64,000 nt of DNA from Botryllus schlosseri. Its lineage: Eukaryota. Every line of letters begins with the position of its first letter. The first letter of the stretch is position 1. The position numbers were made by a program, and so were the translations under genes. The notes under the pieces were generated by a model. It saw nothing but the letters and a program-made list of their open reading frames with translations, was not told where the DNA came from and did no database searches. Shown here in pieces: positions 26,411 to 38,709 of this stretch. The stretch lies in contig CM119372.1 of NCBI GenBank assembly GCA_051294905.1, positions 21,826,001 through 21,890,000 of the forward strand, written 5' to 3'.

Positions 26411-27661
26411 CAGGGCCGTAACAGCACTTCGCCAGCTAAAAAAAAACGTTGGTCTTGGGCCCCCATATGTTGATGAACCTAGCTTCTGGGGGGCTTCGTC
26501 CCCCAGACTCCCCTCAGGCTGTTCGCTTTTTACCGCTCTTACTTATTCTATACATTGGGGGACGTTTAGTGGGTAAGCTTTTCTCGCCTAGACGCGCCAT
26601 GCGCGAAAATTTTCTATATTTCATGATTCAATCGGTTAATATGATCGGGAATTGCATATATGTTGCTATCAATTTTTATCCTCTCCCTGCTCACGTAATC
26701 AGATTTACAGGTAGAGCTGAGTGAGGTGTGTTTGAAAAGGTAGGACCCCTCAATATTATATTTAAGCATCTTTGGGCGTGTGCCCGTTTGCAGGAATGAA
26801 ACAGCACTTCGTCAGTCCCCGCAAAAATCTTGGGTCTGAGGCTCCCATAGGGTGATAAACCTACCCCCCATCACCTTGTTCGCTATTGCCACGAAATGAA
26901 TTGTATACTGCTTAGTGAGCCAGCGCCAGGCGCAAAAATTTTCGAAAATTCATGATAAAATCGGTCAATAAGATTGGGAATTGCATATATATTGCTATCA
27001 ACTTCTTATCCTCTCTGCTCACGTAATCAGATTAACCGATAGAGATGAGTGAGGTGTCTTGGAAACTGTAGAGCCCGTTGGTATGACTCCTTAACATGAT
27101 GGTATTTCGTGACCTCCTCTCTGCTATATATAATAAAATATAATCGCCATAACGTAGGCTACGAAACTAAAAGACGGACACGATTTCAAATTGGTATTCT
27201 TCACTGGCATATAATTTTTCCCTGCGGGATGGTATTTGTCTTGTGAGGTTCAGATTGCCAAGACAGTATTTTGTAGATATAATGAAGTTTCCGGTCAGCA
27301 TTAGGGCAGTCCTTTTCGGCCAAGGTTTTCTCGCTGCCGATCGTTCTGGCACACTTCTTGGAGTCGCATGTTACATGGCCTACTTTATGTGTCTTGGTGC
27401 GTCGTGGCGCGGTAATGGCGAACGCCAATATGACCATTTCTATAAATCTTGCGTATTTTTTCTTGTGGGAAGAGTACTCAAAAATCAAGATAATTGGCAA
27501 CTTGAAATCGCGCCTACCGCGAAAAAATTTTGAAGAAGTTGCAGAAAGTTTCAAAAAATACTCTATAATTTGTGCTAATTCGCGAAATAATTTTGGGCCC
27601 CCTTTGAGCTCGCCCCCCCCCCCCCAATTGGGGGGATTGGGGTGCAGCAGTTACGGGCCTG
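26411..27661 (+). mobile_element. hAT-type MITE in the IL-17 copy B intron
   Basis: CAGGGCCGTAAC...GTTACGGGCCTG, perfect TSD GGGATATG; internal duplication of about 380 bp. Confidence 0.87.
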
Positions 27662-28100
27662 GGGATATGTAAAGTTCCCGTGTTATACAGGTTCCGATTA
27701 ATTCGCAACATACGGGGCGTTTGGCTTACCGCATCTCATAACAATGACTATGCGTAGTTACTAGTTTACGAAGTCGTTCATGAAGTTTTGTTTTTCGATA
27801 TAGAAAACTTTGACATTGGAATTGCAGCAGGTGCAATGCTCGTATTTCTTTTATATCGACTTAGTCACTTATCTGAGATGTAAGATTCTCTCTTGTACAC
27901 TTCAACTCCGTAGAGATCGCGTTGACACGATGTGATGCTAACGTCCAACTGGCAATATTTCGAATTTAGTAGCAGTAGGTCATCTATAATAATTATTTTT
28001 ACATGTTGTATAGCTGGTAAGTAAACCGTATAATAGGCATTTTACCGTGACTGTTACCGTGACCGTGACTGATATATACGACATCTCTATCGGTATAGAG

Positions 28101-29435
28101 CAGTGCTTCTCAACCAGTGGGTCGTGAAGCTATTTCAGGTGGGCCGCGAAGACGTTCTAACTGTTACACTTTCGTATTCAATTTTCCAACTATTCTAGAC
28201 ACTTTATATTCTCAAGATTAGAAGAGGTAATGCACATGCTCCTCCTCCACATTAAATTGTTTTGTGCCCACGAGCGCTACAAGCCACGTTGCCGTTCTCA
28301 CAATAATTCGGGAGTCAGATTTTCGTCACAGTCATATTAATTGAAGCGTGAAATCCGACAGTGCGTTATTGTGTATGCGTGAGATTGAAATTCATTTTTT
28401 CCTCCAAAGGCCTTGCGAACGCTGATCGGGAAATACAGCAATCCAGCCCGATTTGTCGTTATAATCATCAAACAATTGCCGCAACGCAAGTTAATCATAG
28501 CCCCTTTGTGTTCGACGTAAAGACGAATGGCTGATTATGCGCTTTCTCGTCTGTTGTTGTTCGTGGTATTCATGGACTCATGGTGTTTTTCTACTACAAT
28601 GGTCATTTACACCAGGCCGATATTCTTTATTATGATTCCGCATTTGACGACTTGGAGCAGGGTCCACTTCCAGACTTTTTTAAAACACCGCTTAAGCAGA
28701 TCGGATGGCGAGGAGTTTAGATAAGCTTTTTATGTCTGTAATCATCTGTTACATGCAGGACCTTAACTGCCCCACCCCAATCCCCCAATTGGTGCATCGA
28801 GCTTGAAGAGGGGCAAAAAATTTTCTCATGAATCATCATAAATTGTGGGGTATTTGTTCGGAGAGTTATTGACCTTCTTTCAAATTTTCTTCGCGCAGGG
28901 CGCGAATTGGCATTGTTAGATGTCTTGGTTTTAATAGCGGTATACCCACCCATCTCCCTAAGAGAATAATACGCATAATTCATAGAAATAGGCCTTTCGG
29001 TGTCGGCCATTAATGCCCCACGACACACCAAGACATATGAAGTTTCGGCTAACATGCTACTCCGCGAATTGTGTAGCCAAAAAGGTAGACAGTGAGAAAA
29101 CCTCTGCCGATAAGGATCGAAAACTTCGGTATATGTATGCCGAATTGTCAATGGACTATATACGGTAGGCGCCGAAATGGCTGTCTCCAAATATCGCTGT
29201 CGCCAAAAATTCATAGTAGTATATGTAATTGACAATATCATTGACCGAATGCCATCATGAATTCCGGAAATAGTCACGTTAGGCGCGACCAGATAACTGT
29301 AACGCGCTGACAACAGAAAAACTCGCACCCACGAGCAGTGGTTTAAACGTTAATCGCGAAAGGGCGTCTAGTGGGTCGCGCAATGAAATTTGGATGAAAA
29401 TTGGGTCGCGAACTGAAAATGGTTGAGAAGCACTG
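28101..29435. mobile_element. hAT-type MITE in the IL-17 copy B intron
   Basis: TIR CAGTGCTTCTCAACC, TSD GTATAGAG/GTACAGAG; contains fragments of other families. Confidence 0.87.
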
Positions 29436-29458
29436 GTACAGAGTACACCCTGTGTTAC

Positions 29459-29799
29459 CTGTTGCGTTCCTCTCTCATACAAGTTATCCACGGTGATAAA
29501 CTCTTTTTACTTTCGTCCGGAACTGTATCAGGAATGTTATCGAATGTAGGGCATGTAGTATTGAGGCAATCCTGTTCAGGCACTGCACTTCGTTTAAGCC
29601 TGGCACTCTTCATAAATGTAATCATCGGTTGATTTACTATCGTGAGACACGCATTCTGCAGTTCGGTATCCTTGAACACACTGCAGTCTGAATAGTCGTG
29701 TTTTTCTGGTGTGGAGTTTTCAGTATAATTCTCGGCAAATACTTTTGAAACTGGGAAAGTAACTGACATCACCAGCATCGTAATTAATAAATGCTTCAT
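29459..29799 (-). CDS. IL17: IL-17-like copy B, exon 1
   Basis: MKHLLITMLVMSVTFPVSKVFA (signal-like)...SARLKRSAVPEQDCLNTTCP...KKSLSPWITCMREERNR, ending AG|GTAACA (phase 2). Confidence 0.9.
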
Positions 29800-30892
29800 A
29801 ACGAGACAATTCGCAAGCAATATATTCACTGTATCGATAAGTAATATGTTTTTATTGCACCTAGATCATCTTTCCCTGACTCTTCCAATATATAACATAT
29901 ATTCATACATAATTTGTTGGATTATATAGTAGGATTCTCTGAGTGAGGGAGTAACGCATAAATTTCTTTTTGATCGACATATCTGCAAGTTCCAAATGGG
30001 TAGTCCCCTAATTCGTCTGGTATGCTTTTCTGTTTACTATCGTAATAGATTCCACATGACAATATATGAGTCATAAATGCGGACCTAATTATAAATACCA
30101 ATCATTTCCACGATCATATACAGTAATATCTATTTAGACCATGATAACAATGAAGAAATAATATGATGTTCTGAACCTACAACTAAAAATCACGCTCCGC
30201 GTCCCTGAATATTTAATTGTGACGCTTTCCCGAAACGAGATGAATGAGACGATTAAGATTCTTGTTGTTTCTCATGTCGCAAGATTTGAATTTAGGGATC
30301 GGCGTCTTCTTCATTATTTTCTCCACGATGATGATCATGATCAATGGCGGGTAATAGGGTAATGGGGAATTTTAGTTGAGCGCAATAAACATAGTTTTCT
30401 CCTAAACCGCAATGCCTAAGATTTTGTGTAACATACCGCAATATGTATCGCAGCATAAAATATAACGTGTATACGTGCGTCTTGTATTTATGCGTTACAT
30501 AAAATCGGAGCAAAATAACGAGAACACAATATGTTGTATTGGGCAGAAGTCCCCAATTGCTGATCTCTTAGAATTTGACAGTTAGGAAAAACATTTCTTG
30601 CTGGTCCTACCAAGAAGTCATACATACTATTCATTCTACAAAGCAAGATGCGTTGACGGGTTTGATGGGTATTCATAACTACGTAATTCGGTCCAAAATA
30701 TAAAGGTTCTGCACTTGCGAGTCACTATTCTGGCATGTCTTGTATCTGGCACGTCATAGATAACATTTAACTGACAGCGTCCATGTTCCAACATTTTGTA
30801 CCGAAAATGTCACATATATACCAACTCCTGTCATACCAGTATGCAGCGCCATGGAAACTGCATTACTTTATACCAGACGCGACGATATAGTA

Positions 30893-32420
30893 CAGGGGTG
30901 GGCAACCTTTTTGCTATTCACGGCCGCATTTCGATTACTTATGTAGGCTACGGCCGCATTCCTGTGCATAAGCCGTAATCAACTAACTGGGCATCAAATA
31001 CTCATGTTAATATGTCCATTTCTGCTGAACTCCGGACTAGTCTACTTTCTCATATCGGCTTACTATACACACAAAATTTTCGAGTGGCAATGTTTTGAAT
31101 AATAAACACTGGGAAACGTTATGATCGCGCGAAGTGCGAAAAAAATTTCAGATTCACAAATGAATTTCGTCATTATTATGAGCATATTCACATATTCACA
31201 TTTATCAGCACATGTGATCATATTCACTGGTGGAGTTGATGGAGGTAGTGTCTTCGGAAATTTAGGGCAAGTTGCACATGATGATGCATCTTCATGTGGA
31301 CCAATTGTTATTGGTCACTTTGTTGCATTCTATTATTTCTTGACCTCCCACCAGGATTGTCAATGGGCTTAGCGGAAATATATTGGAATCGCTAGAACCA
31401 GTTGTTCCCAACCTTTTTGGATGTCGGACCGCATTTCAAACTTCAGAGTACGAACGGAGCTACATGGAAACACTCGGGTGTAGGCTACTGATAACGAAAA
31501 CTTACAGTTATCTAGCCTACCTCTTCTCTCGCCAGCCAGCTAATTCAAAAGCATGCACAATTGCACATATTGCACATGGACTTCTATAGATTCTATATCG
31601 GTTATTATAGCATTGATACAAGCAAATTGGCGAGTACTATATAATGTCGTGATATGATAGCTCTTCAATCTTCATACATTCCAGTACTTTATGCACCAGT
31701 TTGCGGGGAATTATACGCTGAGGAATGTTGGACTTATTGCAATTTATACTTGTCTATGAGCCTTTATTTTGATGCTACTAAAATTGTGTCGAAATTTACT
31801 CTTCACAGAGACGATATATAAAGGTCTATGACCAGCAGAACTCAAGATACATCTTTGTCTGACGGGTAGGCCTATCCATCCATGCGTTTGACGCCAGTCT
31901 GCAAGAATTCTCCTTCCCTGTTTTCAGAAGCGGCCTTGGACGGCTTTAGACATAAGTAATATCCCTCATTTTAGCATTCATATACGAAATTGCCAATAGC
32001 TATTCATAGAAACAAACAACAACTGTCGTCTATTCTATTTTTGCGCATATTTAGAGGTCAATCAGAGCCGCAAGAAGGCCGCATGTGGCTCTGAGAGCCG
32101 CGACTGGGAATCACTGGCCTAAACGTACCAGAAACAAATTTCTTGCGTGAGAAGCACACTATTGTAAGTTAGTATTTCTATATGGGGCGCATCCTTTTTA
32201 TCTGCTGTTAGCGTCTGTAGTGTGAGGCTCAGATTGCAAAGGGCACTACTATGAAGTATACCATTGAATCGCGCGCATCGCGAAGAAAATATCAAGATTA
32301 TTTAATATTCAATTAATCAAAAATTCAATTTGCCTGTCGACTGCCCACAGCACATACTAATTATATTACGTGTCACGGCGGCACAAATTGCCTTCTACGG
32401 CCGCAGGTTGCCCACCCCTG
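30893..32420 (+). mobile_element. hAT-type MITE with nested element 31399-32116
   Basis: TIR CAGGGGTGGGCAACC, perfect TSD ATATAGTA; same family as 5153-5905. Confidence 0.88.
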
Positions 32421-33688
32421 ATATAGTATAACTCTCAATTTCAGAAATACGCTACCGCGACATGTGACTGGTGGAATGAATTCTAATTTACATTTTGAAC
32501 TATGAACCTTCACCAAAATCGTTTGCCCTGTCCTACACTCAGCTTCATCCAGAACAGTGTATTTGCTTACACCTTCAACCGACACGCTTACCATGGCATT
32601 AAAATCAGCTCACCTTTTCTATGCGATAACGATTAACATCATTGGGATACTCCGAGATCATTCAGTCTTGATGATCACTACGAACACGGATTGTGTTGTT
32701 AAATTTTAATGCCACTTCTTAACATCTTAATGATACCCCACCGACGTACGCACGCTGTCTATATTATCTGGAAACATCAAGGGATTTCATACACGTAATA
32801 TTCATCCGACTGTGATAAATAGGAATAAAAATACTACATAACGCAGTCATAGAGAAACGTAGTGTTTCAGACATGTGAAATCCTTCGATATAATCTCTCA
32901 ACCTCTAGTACACATGATATATTTGGAGAATTGCTTATTATAGAGAAGTCATACATTCGATAGTCAAAGAATCTTGGTTATAATGGCATACCAAGTTTGG
33001 ACTGCATACATGTTATACAGCCCATCCTACAGGAACTACTGGTAGGGGCATCAGTCTGCTGTTGTTGCTGCAGTCGTTTGGTTCTCGTTTTCAAGAGATG
33101 ATATATCTTTTATACTCCCCCAGAGCAACAAAGGCATTAGAGATAGTTGAACAGCTGCCACAGATTTTAAGAGCTTCCGGTGTCATTTCTGTTACGAAAA
33201 GCATGTTATTGTACAGGTTCACATGTTGATTACACATTGTCATTTGGTTGTATTGTTTGACAATATTCAAGAATGATCTCTGACAGGTTAACGACGGCCT
33301 ACATAATCGAACGTCGCGTTCTTAAGACGCACATTCGAAAGTATTTGCATATTCGCCCACGCGTGACGTACCGCATTCACTGTGAGTGTGAACACTGTGA
33401 ACTCATTGTTTGTGACGCACAGTACATTGAGTTGTCTGCAAAGTAGTGATAAATGATACGTTGATGAGCGTTTGACCGATAGATGATATTTTTCCAGATC
33501 GGATCAATTTATTGCTGTTTTGGTGTTCATGGTGTGCTACATAAAATCATTCTACATCAAGCCATATTAATGACTATCAATTCTGAACTGCCGACTTATA
33601 GCGGGGACCACTTTGATCTACTTGCTTTTGTAATATGCAGCTTACTCTGATCGTATAGTTAGTAAGAGCATAGATATGTCTCAAACAT

Positions 33689-33757
33689 AGGACGTCGGAC
33701 TCGAACCCGCGAATTATTGATATTGCAGTCGCAAAACGTGTCACTACGCTATATGGT
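33689..33757 (-). pseudogene. Degenerate tRNA-derived sequence (tRNA-Cys-like pseudogene or SINE head)
   Basis: Minus strand TATAGCGTAGTG (A-box-like)...GACTGCAATATCAA (GCA anticodon-like)...GGGTTCGAGTCCG (B-box); acceptor stem does not pair. Confidence 0.5.
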
Positions 33758-34394
33758 TGTTGCGCACATCGAGTAAGTGAAACAATAACCGGAAGCGGTG
33801 TGTCCCGAAGCTGCGATTGTCGGAAACAATGCCGATTTCGGACTTTGAGGGCGATTTTATGTGGCTTTCAGGGTTCTGACCAGATTATAATTTGCAATTT
33901 TGGAATCGATGCCACAGCAGCTTCGATTAAGACTAATTTCAATAAATTTTTCGGTCGGGTCGCCAAGCTGTAGGATCACCTCTCCAAATACCGTATAAAT
34001 ATGCCTCAGCCTCAGACTCGGTGTTGCTACACGCAAATTAGAGAGCACTGAATCGGTATGCTGCTTCCCGGCTAGTTTTTAAAGGCTATGATACGACTAA
34101 AGCGGTTGCACGGGCTTCAACCGAGCCCGGAACCAGGAATATATTAATTTATCGAGATTTCGACTATTAAAATTTTATTTCTTGGGGTGGGGGTACAAAT
34201 ATTAGAATCAAGACATCTAGAGACGCTAAATCACGAGAAGCACGAAGACAATTGATATATCTGAAAAAATATGCTTAATGTAAAATACACAAAAAATAGA
34301 GTGTGTGGCTCCTTTAGCTCCCTGCCAGCTTGAAATGTTGTTATCGTTTGATTCTTTAATATTTATGTATTATTTTTATTTTTTATGTGTACAG

Positions 34395-34545
34395 CAGGGC
34401 ATGGTATGGTATGGTATGAAACGAGAATTTTCCATACTCCATACTTGCCTTACTCTCTCCATACCATACTTGCAATTTTCCATACCATACCAACATTGTT
34501 CCATACCATACTTGATACATATTCCATACTTTCAAATACTTCAAT
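34395..34545 (+). repeat. CCATA/TATGG-array MITE end
   Basis: CAGGGCATGGTATGG terminus followed by degenerate (CCATA)n. Confidence 0.6.
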
Positions 34546-36097
34546 ATCATAAGTATAGTACCTTCTCTAGCACCTATATTATTGATATTTCGGATGTCAT
34601 TATTGCTTAAACTAGCCATGATGCGAATCTAATTCCTGGAAATAGTTTCACAGAGTCTGTTTTGGTGAGGTTTAGTTCACGGCGGTGAGGTGCCGTGTAC
34701 CTTTACCCTACAGCTTCCGCCAACAAAATGAGATGGTCAGCACACTGTTATCTAGGACCGTCCATAAAAGGGACTGGCAACAACAGCAACGATATTTTGT
34801 CCGGCCCGCGGACAGTTTCCCGTCTTATATGATGTGGCGCGCGGCCCCAGTCTGCCGAGATTCCCCACTACTTGCCTAAACGTCAAATCTTACTGACTGT
34901 ATGTTATTATATACGTGTGCGCACTGTGTAGCGTGCTAGAGTGGAGCTCACAGGTAAGTTCGTCGAATCGAGAAGATTTGCATTATCGGCATTTACGATG
35001 TACTCAACCCTAATGAATTGATATCTCGGTATATTTTGGGTACCGGGCTTATCAAACGCTTTGAAATCTTAATTAAGGATTGCACTGCGAGTTAGTTGAT
35101 CAGAGAGAAGCAGACATGGCGGCGCCTGTATGACAATGCTGTTCTTAAATCCACATTGTATTGTCATTATCGGCGAGAAATGGCTTTGAAGTGACATTGC
35201 TGTCGGTAAAATACATTCAATAAATACGATTTATTCCTTGTATATATGGGCGAATAATTTATCCATTCAGCAATCCAGCCCGCCAAGTACTTAATTATCC
35301 TATGTCCGGCCCGCCGATTGGAGAAGTTGCCCGCCCTGCTCCATAAGAATATCATCGCATTTCCAGTACGTTGGCATGAGGCACATGCAAGTTTCAAGTA
35401 AATACTCGCAAAATAATTCATAATATAGGTGCACCCCTAAAATATCCCAGCTGCAGGTGATCAATACTGCAGCGATCTGCGTACAGTATTTGGTTGGCAT
35501 TAGCGTGGCGAGAATTTCAATCTCTATCACCCCACTCCCTGATCTATAATCCTAATGCAAGATCGTTTGAAAGTAACCAATCAGATATATCGGAATGTAA
35601 ATAGTATAAATGTGCGGACAATGTTTCAGAAGAAATGCAATTATCCATCACATTGAGCATTAATTTTTTTTAGGAGTCTGGAGGAACCGCAGTAAACCTC
35701 CCCCCGTAACGCTTGTGACATGCTGCGGCTGTTACACCATTGCAGCAGGGCGTCACAAGCGCCGTAATAGGGTCCTTTTGTGTCGTGAGACACAGAAGCA
35801 CCCATTTCGGTGTTTGCTTCTCTGTTTTACTTCCCTTTTTGCGTCTCGTTGGGGTTCAAACAGCTGGCACAAGCAGGCTTTAGAGGGGGGCGTCTGCGGC
35901 CACTGATCCCTCCGCCACCATGCTTGTGCCTGGGGAGAACAGCCTTGAATTACGGGCTGCATACCCGGGGTCGGAATATGAAGGCCTGGCGGCCATACTC
36001 TTCCTGGGTTCATGAGACAGTTATTGGATAGTATTTAGGTTGGACCACTAGGGTTTCGCACCACCCAGCGTCCAGGAAGGCGGTGCTTACCTTAAGA

Positions 36098-37496
36098 CAG
36101 TGGTTCCCAACCATTTTCCACCCACGTACCATTTCAAGGTTTTATACAGTGCTCGCGTACCACCTACATAAGTTACGCGCACCGAAGGCGATAAAAAAAA
36201 TCCACCATTTATGACGTAATAATCACGTATTTGACCCATGCAATGTGTTATGACAAATTCTATTACACCAGGGGTGGCCAACCTTTTTGCCTTTCACAGC
36301 CGCATTTCGACCACTCATGTAGCCCACGGCCGCATTCCGGGGCATAATAGTCGTAATGAACGAGTTGGACGCCAAATACCCAGGTCAAAGTGTATATGTC
36401 CATTTCCGGTGAACGGCTTACTATACGCACCAAAATCGCCAGTGGTCACTGGTAATGGCAAGAGACTGCTCAGAGCCGCGCCAGGCGCGAATTTTTTTTC
36501 ATATTCACTAATGAATTTCGTCATTGATATTAGTAGTTTTACATATTACTATCAAACATTTATCTTTTCTCAGCCAATGTGATCAGATTCACCGGCATAG
36601 AGTTGATGCAAGGGGTGTTTTCAAAAATTTAGGGCCAGTTATAAATTATGATGCATCTTCGGGCGGTCCAATTGTTATTAGTCATTTTGTTGCATGCTGT
36701 TATTTCTTGACCTCCATCAGGATTGTCGGTATAGTGAAGAGCACACGATTCCGAGTTGATATTTCTATATGAGGCACATCAATTTCCTCTGATGTTTGTA
36801 TCTGTATTGTGGGGCTCTGATTGCAAAGGGCGCTATACTATATTATAATCGAAAAATGAAGTCATATTAACAAGATTAATTAAAAGCGTTCAAGAAATCG
36901 GGAGTCAATTCGTAAATTCAAATTGCATGTCGACGGCCGCCAAGACATACTACTTGAATTACGTGTCCACGGCCGCACAAATTTCCCTCCACGGTCGCAG
37001 GTTGGCCACCCCTGCACTAGGCATTATCAGCCAGGGTTTATGGGATGCATGGAATTGTTTTTTCACCACTAGTCACAAGATAAACAACATAATGAAATGA
37101 CAACAAAAGTCAATATATTTAATGCGATGGCTGCATTTGTTTATTTTCCACAGCTGGTCGATGCGTGGCATACGTTTGCTCACAGCGCATCGAAAGTCAT
37201 GCAGCATGGGCGCAACAAGTGGGTTTTGTTTCTTCGACTTGACAGTCATCGGGGATGAAAATCCTTGCTCGCACTCCCACGTAGAAGGGAAAATTAGCAA
37301 ATAGGGAATAGCGGGAGAAGCTAGCGTCGAGTATGAGGAGGTCATGCTAAGCCAGAAGTTTATTGGATAACAATCTTCTCAAAATCAACCCCACATGAAA
37401 ATACCTCCCTTCGGTTGAAAAAAAATAGAATCTACTCGCGTACCACCTGGAAGACCGTCGCGTACCACTACGCGTACCACAGGTTGGGAACCACTG
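36098..37496 (-). mobile_element. hAT Buster/Charlie-type element with transposase C-terminal remnant and nested MITE 36269-37014
   Basis: Perfect TSD CCTTAAGA. ORF 37073-37345 LLIFPSTWECEQGFSS..VKSKK.N.L...HDFRCAVSK.MPRIDQL is a hAT dimerisation region. Confidence 0.88.
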
Positions 37497-37869
37497 CCTT
37501 AAGACAACCAAATACCAAGTACGTTGCATCATGATTGCTTGTAAACTATCGTCACTTAAGAAATGAGGTAGTTCGAGTAGCCTACATTACCAATTATTGC
37601 GTCACATGATAGACTATACTCGGAGACGTCGTGTCTAGACTCAATAGAATATCGGATCAACATTACTGTTGTCAATATTACATCACAATTTCATGCCATT
37701 CCAAGTGCTCCTAAAACCGTTGCACGAGCACGAGCATGTATTTGTTCCTACGCAGCGTTCAATAGTTCACGTTCACACATAACAAGAGCGATCGTATTCC
37801 ATGAACAGCGAACAACGAACACGCTTCATGAAGCTTGCACAGATCACAATAAAATGTATAAAACACCAA

Positions 37870-38020
37870 AGTATGAAAGTATGGAAATGTCGTTCCATAC
37901 CATAGATTAAAATCTTCCATTCCATACCATACTTCCATTGTTCCATATTCCATACCAAAATATCGATCCATACCATACTTCCATACCATACCATACCATA
38001 CCATACCATAACATGCTCTG
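37870..38020 (+). repeat. (CCATA)n array MITE end
   Basis: CCATA tandem array ending CATGCTCTG, inverse of the 34395 terminus. Confidence 0.65.
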
Positions 38021-38709
38021 ATTCCAGCGCATGATCGTTCACTCCAGTAACGGTTTGTGAACGTAAATAGGGAAATGCATCGAAGCAACCCATAACGCCA
38101 TTATAGTCCGCATACAATTGTCACGATGCGAGCTAGTCAATGCGATGTCCGAACCTCCTGGCGCCGGTGTTGGATATAAGACGGCAATTAGTGGTTTTAA
38201 TTTGGATTCGCGAACTCCAATTTGTCATCATCAATTTTGTGTATTCATTCTTGTCTGCTTGATACACAATCGTATTCTTGAATTGTCGCGCTACGTCACT
38301 TGTGAGCTTGTAGTTTAATTCGCTAGCGACTTGTCACTTATGCAGTGCACGACGTTGAATCAAGTTGATAAATATTGATGCAACGCCAGATTCTTAGTGG
38401 CACTAATTCTGAGTTTATACGGTGCGTTTGAAGGGGAACCTTCTATATTCCACTAAACTTGGTCGACGACAGAAGGCCTTGTAACGAGCGCACCAATATC
38501 AAATATCCAACCATTGGGTATTTGGTAGAAAATGGATATATGCTGAAAAAAACCCACTCATGCCCAATGTACTCATTTCTGCAGTCCCTCCTGAACAAAT
38601 CACACCATTCCAAGATTAAATTAGATTGTATGTTTTGATAATTACGAGCGCAGTGCCGGTATTAAAACGTCCTGTCACTGTGTACAATGTGTACGGCGTA
38701 CGTAAACAT

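Noticed and set aside
28717..29328. 203-aa ORF in the IL-17 copy B intron
   Set aside because: Lies in nested MITE sequence with no recognisable domain; homologous copies are not open.
32430..32770. Cys-containing ORF 32373-32594 and adjacent exon-like stretch
   Set aside because: No recognisable family, stops in the adjoining frame, and the ORF runs into a MITE.
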